Assembly (NCBI GenBank): GCA_051453625.1
Contig: JBOZIK010000001.1
Coordinates: 18,977,651 to 19,019,265, forward strand
Source of the DNA: Welwitschia mirabilis
Taxonomy: Eukaryota
Length of the DNA stretch: 41,615 nucleotides
Reading direction: 5' to 3'
Of this stretch, positions 36,907-41,615 are shown one piece after another. Each line of letters opens with the position of its first letter. Positions within the stretch are counted from its first letter, which is position 1. The position numbers and the translations under genes were made by a program. The notes under the pieces are model-generated. The model searched no databases. It was given only the letters and a program-made list of their open reading frames with translations, and had not been told where the DNA came from.

Positions 36907-39830
36907 TGCTAACTAGTGCATATTCCATCTCTTCTTAGCTACTAAGGAAATCATAGTTTTGATGGTAGTCCATTTAACTGTTAGCGTAAAGCCTTCATTA
37001 TAAGCTAATCCTTTTCTTTATTGGAGACAGATAATGACAAGTCAAACTTTGTAACATCCAAGAGTATTACCCAATTTATGCTTCTTGTGAAAAATCCATT
37101 TTTTAGGTAACATAATGCAACCTAGGAAAAGATCCAAAAAAACTCCATGTATCATTTTTTGTAAGTGAAATATATTCTTTTATCATGGCTTGTACTTGTG
37201 ATTACGCAAAATGGAATCTTTGAAAGAGATTAGTTCATCATCAAATCTGAGATAAAGCTCATCATCATCATTAAAAGATCCATAAGATCTCTTCTTAATT
37301 TGAGTCCTCTTTTCATCATCATGAACATCTTATAAAGTAGATTCTAAGGAAGTGCTTCATTTTTATCTTTGAAAGATATCAACTTTTTCCCTAAAACAAT
37401 CCAATGAGTTACTACTAGAACCAAATTCATATGTGTTAGGAATATGAAAAAGCTCAATTCCTCTAGACTGTATGGTGGATAGACCATTTTTTCTAGAAGG
37501 AAATGAAAAATTATAACTAGTGGACACATATGCTTGCTTAACTATAGGATATTAAGCATAAAAAATTTTCACAAGATGAGAGGAATGATGCATCTAGGAG
37601 TGATTAAGCTAAGAAACATTATGTGAGATTTCTAAAAAGATCACATTATGAGAAACAATAATCTTATAATGATTAGAAATATGCACATGATATCCTTCAT
37701 CGCTAGTTGAATATCCCACAAAAATGCTAATACAAGCATATGCACTAAGCTTGTCATGGTGTTGGGTAAGAATATTGATATAGAATTTACATCCAAATAC
37801 ACTAATATACTTTATAGTAGTGTTGTACTTATTTCATTTTTTAGAAGGAGAAACATCCTTTTTAGAAGCATGACTAATATGATTGTTGAGATGAACTATA
37901 GTATTAATAGTTTTATCCCTAGAATTGGACTTGCATCCATTAAAGTACATCATCAAATGTATCCATAATGGTCTAATTAAATCATTTAGTGATTTCATTT
38001 TATTAAGGTATTCCTAGACATGACTTCAAATGATTAATGCCTTAAAAGTAAGAAAATTCTTGAATCTAGCTCATACATATTCTCCACCATTATTAGAATG
38101 AAAACTCTTAATCTTGTTATTAGCTTCCTTTTTGCTTTTCTTTAAAAATCTTAATAATATTTAAAGAAAGATATTTGAATTCTATAAAATACACCCAAGC
38201 CATACATGAAAAATAATCTATGTAGGATATGAAGTAATAATAGCCTTAGAGTGTAGCAACTAGCATAGGACCACATAGATCACTATGAATTAGTAGAAGC
38301 TTTCAATCGGCATGCCACTTGCTAGGCAAAAAATTTTTTTGTGTTGCTTTGCCCATTATACATTTCACAGTAAGAAAAGTCATATGAAATAGAGGATAGA
38401 AGCTAATGTTCATTCTTACACATTATAGTGAAAGAACGAGGATCATAATAACCTAAGAGAACATGCCACAGAAGTGATGAGAAGATTTTTTTACTTATGA
38501 GACATGACATGTAATTTCACATATACCAATACATCCTTAAAGAAATTTTACATCCATGTGGCCCTTCATGATAAGATTTTGAAAGGCATCAAGAATATTG
38601 ATGAGAACCTTTTCATGAATATGCATAAAATTTCTATGATTAATGTGGAAAGAAAGAGAAGATGAAATCTTAAAAACGGTACATATAGAACATAATAGAG
38701 CATTCATTATGAGAGAGAAAACAACTAAAAGGTAACTATATCATGATCTTCCATAGAAACTATAGTTATATTTGCTAAATATAATTGACTATGTTATGCT
38801 ATAAAGTCATGAATATCGCTGAGCGTATATGTCATATGCCTAGTTTCACTAGTATCAAGAATTCAAGATTTATCATCAAGTATGCTTTTACTCATACACA
38901 TAAAATTATGACTTTGAAACATAGCATTAGTTTAATATAATTCAAAATTATCTACAAAATCAAAATAATCAGTGACTACATTCTCCTTATAAGCTAATTT
39001 AATTTATCCTAAGAGATCCAATAATAATTTGTGATATGACCTTGTCTTCTGCATTATTAACATTGATATTTATTGTTCTTTAAAGTAGCATTATTATAAT
39101 GTCATTCCTTATTTAGCTGAGAGTGATGGCACTGAGAAGGTGGAGTTGCTTATGATTTTTAATGGGCTTTAATCTTATCATAATGTTTAACATTATGATC
39201 CACTATGAGGATGTGATACTTCAAATGTAGCTTCAAATGACAAGGTACTCATAAAGTTGAATTGTGATTTAGTAGCTATAATGTCCTTATTGAATGTATT
39301 AAAGATTATTTGTTATAGTTTCCTACTAACATATAGTGAGATGATGGAGCTATGTAAAAAATGGATCCTCTAAAAAACATCTAATCAAGTTGATATATTG
39401 TATTCATACTTGGTTCTTTAGGTTAATTTCAGTAATCTTTGCCTTAATATTATTCATTTGTGTTATCAAATATTGCATCTTCTCTTTATTAGAATGTAAG
39501 CTATTGATGCTTGTTATGTGATTAATTAGCTCCAAATCATTCTTGAAATAGAATGTATCCTATAAGGTTATGAAGTTGGTATAGCTACTCTTACTACAAT
39601 GTACCAACTCCTTATGCTACAAAGCCATAGATTTCCTTATAATCTCTATGAACTTACTATTGATGAACTTTTAAGGATCTTCTTACTATGGAGGTTAAAT
39701 AAGAATATGCACTTTCTCAAAGAAATCAATGTCAAAACCATATATGTGCATCATAACCATGAAATCGTCATGCCAATGTACCTAACTTTGATCATCTTAA
39801 AGAGTAACTCTAATATTATTCATGATTCAA
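36907..39830 (-). pseudogene. Ty1/copia gag-PR-INT-RT(N-terminal) relic, cut within RT
   Basis: Minus strand: protease *ILDTSETRHMT (~38830-38870), integrase LIHSDLCGPM (~38264-38293), RT KEYISL.KNDTW and KWTTIKTMISLVAKKRWNMH*L ending at the CACTA TIR. Confidence 0.85.
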
Positions 39831-39944
39831 ATTGTTAAAATTAATGTAAATGTGTCTTAAAACATCTAAAACTTACCCTTCAAGGTTGTCATAATTGGAT
39901 TAAATATAATAAGAGATGGTAAGTTATGAGGTATAATTAGTTTT

Positions 39945-40225
39945 TAGGATGATCTTACTCATATCCACAACTAAACAATGGATCTATCCTTCACAGAAAG
40001 AACACCTATCAACTCGAGAAGAGAAAGTGATGAGTGAAAAATGAAATGGTATAGTCAATTTAACTAGGAATCTTACTCACATTCATAAGTTCAAATGATC
40101 TATCCAAATCATAATGACATAATAAGATGCTAAAAAAAAAAAAAAAGAGTCATGATAAAGAGTTATAGTTAATTCGAAAGGGATCTTACTTACATTTACA
40201 AGTCCAATAATCTGTCCAATCCACA
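39945..40225. repeat. Three dispersed copies of a ~40-bp motif at ~120-bp spacing, upstream of the copia gag
   Basis: atcttactcatatccacaa..gatctatcc / atcttactcacattcataa..gatctatcc / atcttacttacatttacaa..aatctgtcc. Confidence 0.65.
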
Positions 40226-41358
40226 AAAGTGTGATAAAGCAATAATAAAGCTAGGCCCTAAGAAGTGCATGTAAAAGAAAAATATAATGAATTTATTAAG
40301 AAATCCTTATGTGAATGTGGTAAAGTTTGACACAAGGAGTCTAAACCATTAAATAATTAAATGAAATCTTTATTAATTTTAGATCTTCCTCTCAGTTCAA
40401 GTAGTAATTACATCCTCTCTAATGATGTAACCTTTATCTCCAAAAGGAATGAAAAAGAAAAAAGGTAAATCATGTTAATGAAACATCTAAGTCATTAGTC
40501 ATTTTTAATTACCTCAACTATATATCTCTTTTAAGGAAGAGTACAATGTAATGTTGGTGATTGTTGTGCTACCAACTTATACATATTTGATAGGGTATTT
40601 TAAGTGGTTTTACAGGATAATAGATAAGTAAATACCGATTTCTATGATAATGGAGAGCTCATATGAAAGAGATAAAAACATGCAATCTCCATGATATTTT
40701 ATAGCATTTTGGGCAATTCTTAATTCTTCCCATTTCTGAGATAACTTTTTGCAAAACATTGAGGTTGATGCACTAATGGAACATTTTAAAAGTCCATTGT
40801 CCACTTCATCCTCTGGATGACTATACAGATGATAGAGCAATTTATGCCAATAAGGATGTTGACTATAATCAATCTGGTAGCTAATGTGGATCTTTTATGA
40901 GGTGGCATCATCTCCTTTATCGTCTAGATGACTAGCTAAATGATACTATTGTAATAGTTCACTAGATATTCACCTAACTTCTACCACTTATGTATCTATT
41001 TCTTTTAGCACAACCATTAGGTTTTTACTCATGTTTGTCTATCTGTTCTGTTATGTGTTTGCATCTTTATAAATATCAATCTTTCCCTCAACTCCTACTT
41101 GTCTTTATTTGCAATGGAAATTCTTATGACATGAGATTAAAGGGCCAGAGATCCATTTTTATAGTTACTGAGAGACATTTTTGTTGGTGTTAAATGGTGC
41201 TTCCTCCATTGAGATGTGGCTACTTTGTAACGTAAATGTGATTCTAATATAAAATACTTCTTTTCTGATTTTAATACATATTTGTTTCTCACTCTCATAG
41301 CTTATGTTATTTTTTATTTGGTGATAGTTTTCTTAGTGATATAGGTTATGAGGGCAAT

Positions 41359-41615
41359 TGTCACAACCCGTTCTTAGGCTGGGCTTAAGAAGCATGAAAA
41401 ACCATGGGAAATTTTTTTTTTGGTTAAACAAAATTAGCTTACAAGACAGATTAAACATTGCAGCAGATCAATTACTTTGAAACTGAGATAATCGCCTTTC
41501 AATTACCCACAGAATACACCTCAGAAAAACTATATGGAGATAGCTCACCTGATTATCATCACATTCCATCTTATGGTTATTTAGAAACACACCAGAAGGA
41601 TGTGTGAGTTGTGGT
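41359..41615 (-). repeat. Gypsy-type (Tekay/Del-like) LTR end running off the window
   Basis: TGTCACAACCCG..cttaagaagca is the reverse complement of the LTR end at 4012-4100. Confidence 0.65.

Overview
Plant-type (very likely angiosperm) nuclear heterochromatin. The window is AT-rich, strongly CpG/CpHpG-depleted, has assembly gaps and is almost wholly made of nested, decayed transposable elements. I found no intact host gene. From left to right: a gag-only Sirevirus-like copia element with LTRs, PBS and multi-PPT (1-3911); a gypsy-type LTR end; a PBS-bearing element with no recognisable coding region (minus); an Athila gypsy element with gag-protease and ORF2 but no RT/INT (6.8-13.7 kb); an unexplained ~1.7 kb CpG-retaining island with broken ORFs (13.7-15.4 kb); a full-length but dead Tork/Tnt1-like copia with both LTRs (15422-20119, minus); two copia relics; a CRM chromovirus gag-PR-RT-RH relic; an Athila LTR with PBS; a CACTA right end abutting a copia RT; and a final gypsy-type LTR end. 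The only real candidate for something undescribed is the CpG-rich island, which I could not identify from sequence alone. Lineage calls come from motif recognition by eye, and many boundaries are approximate.
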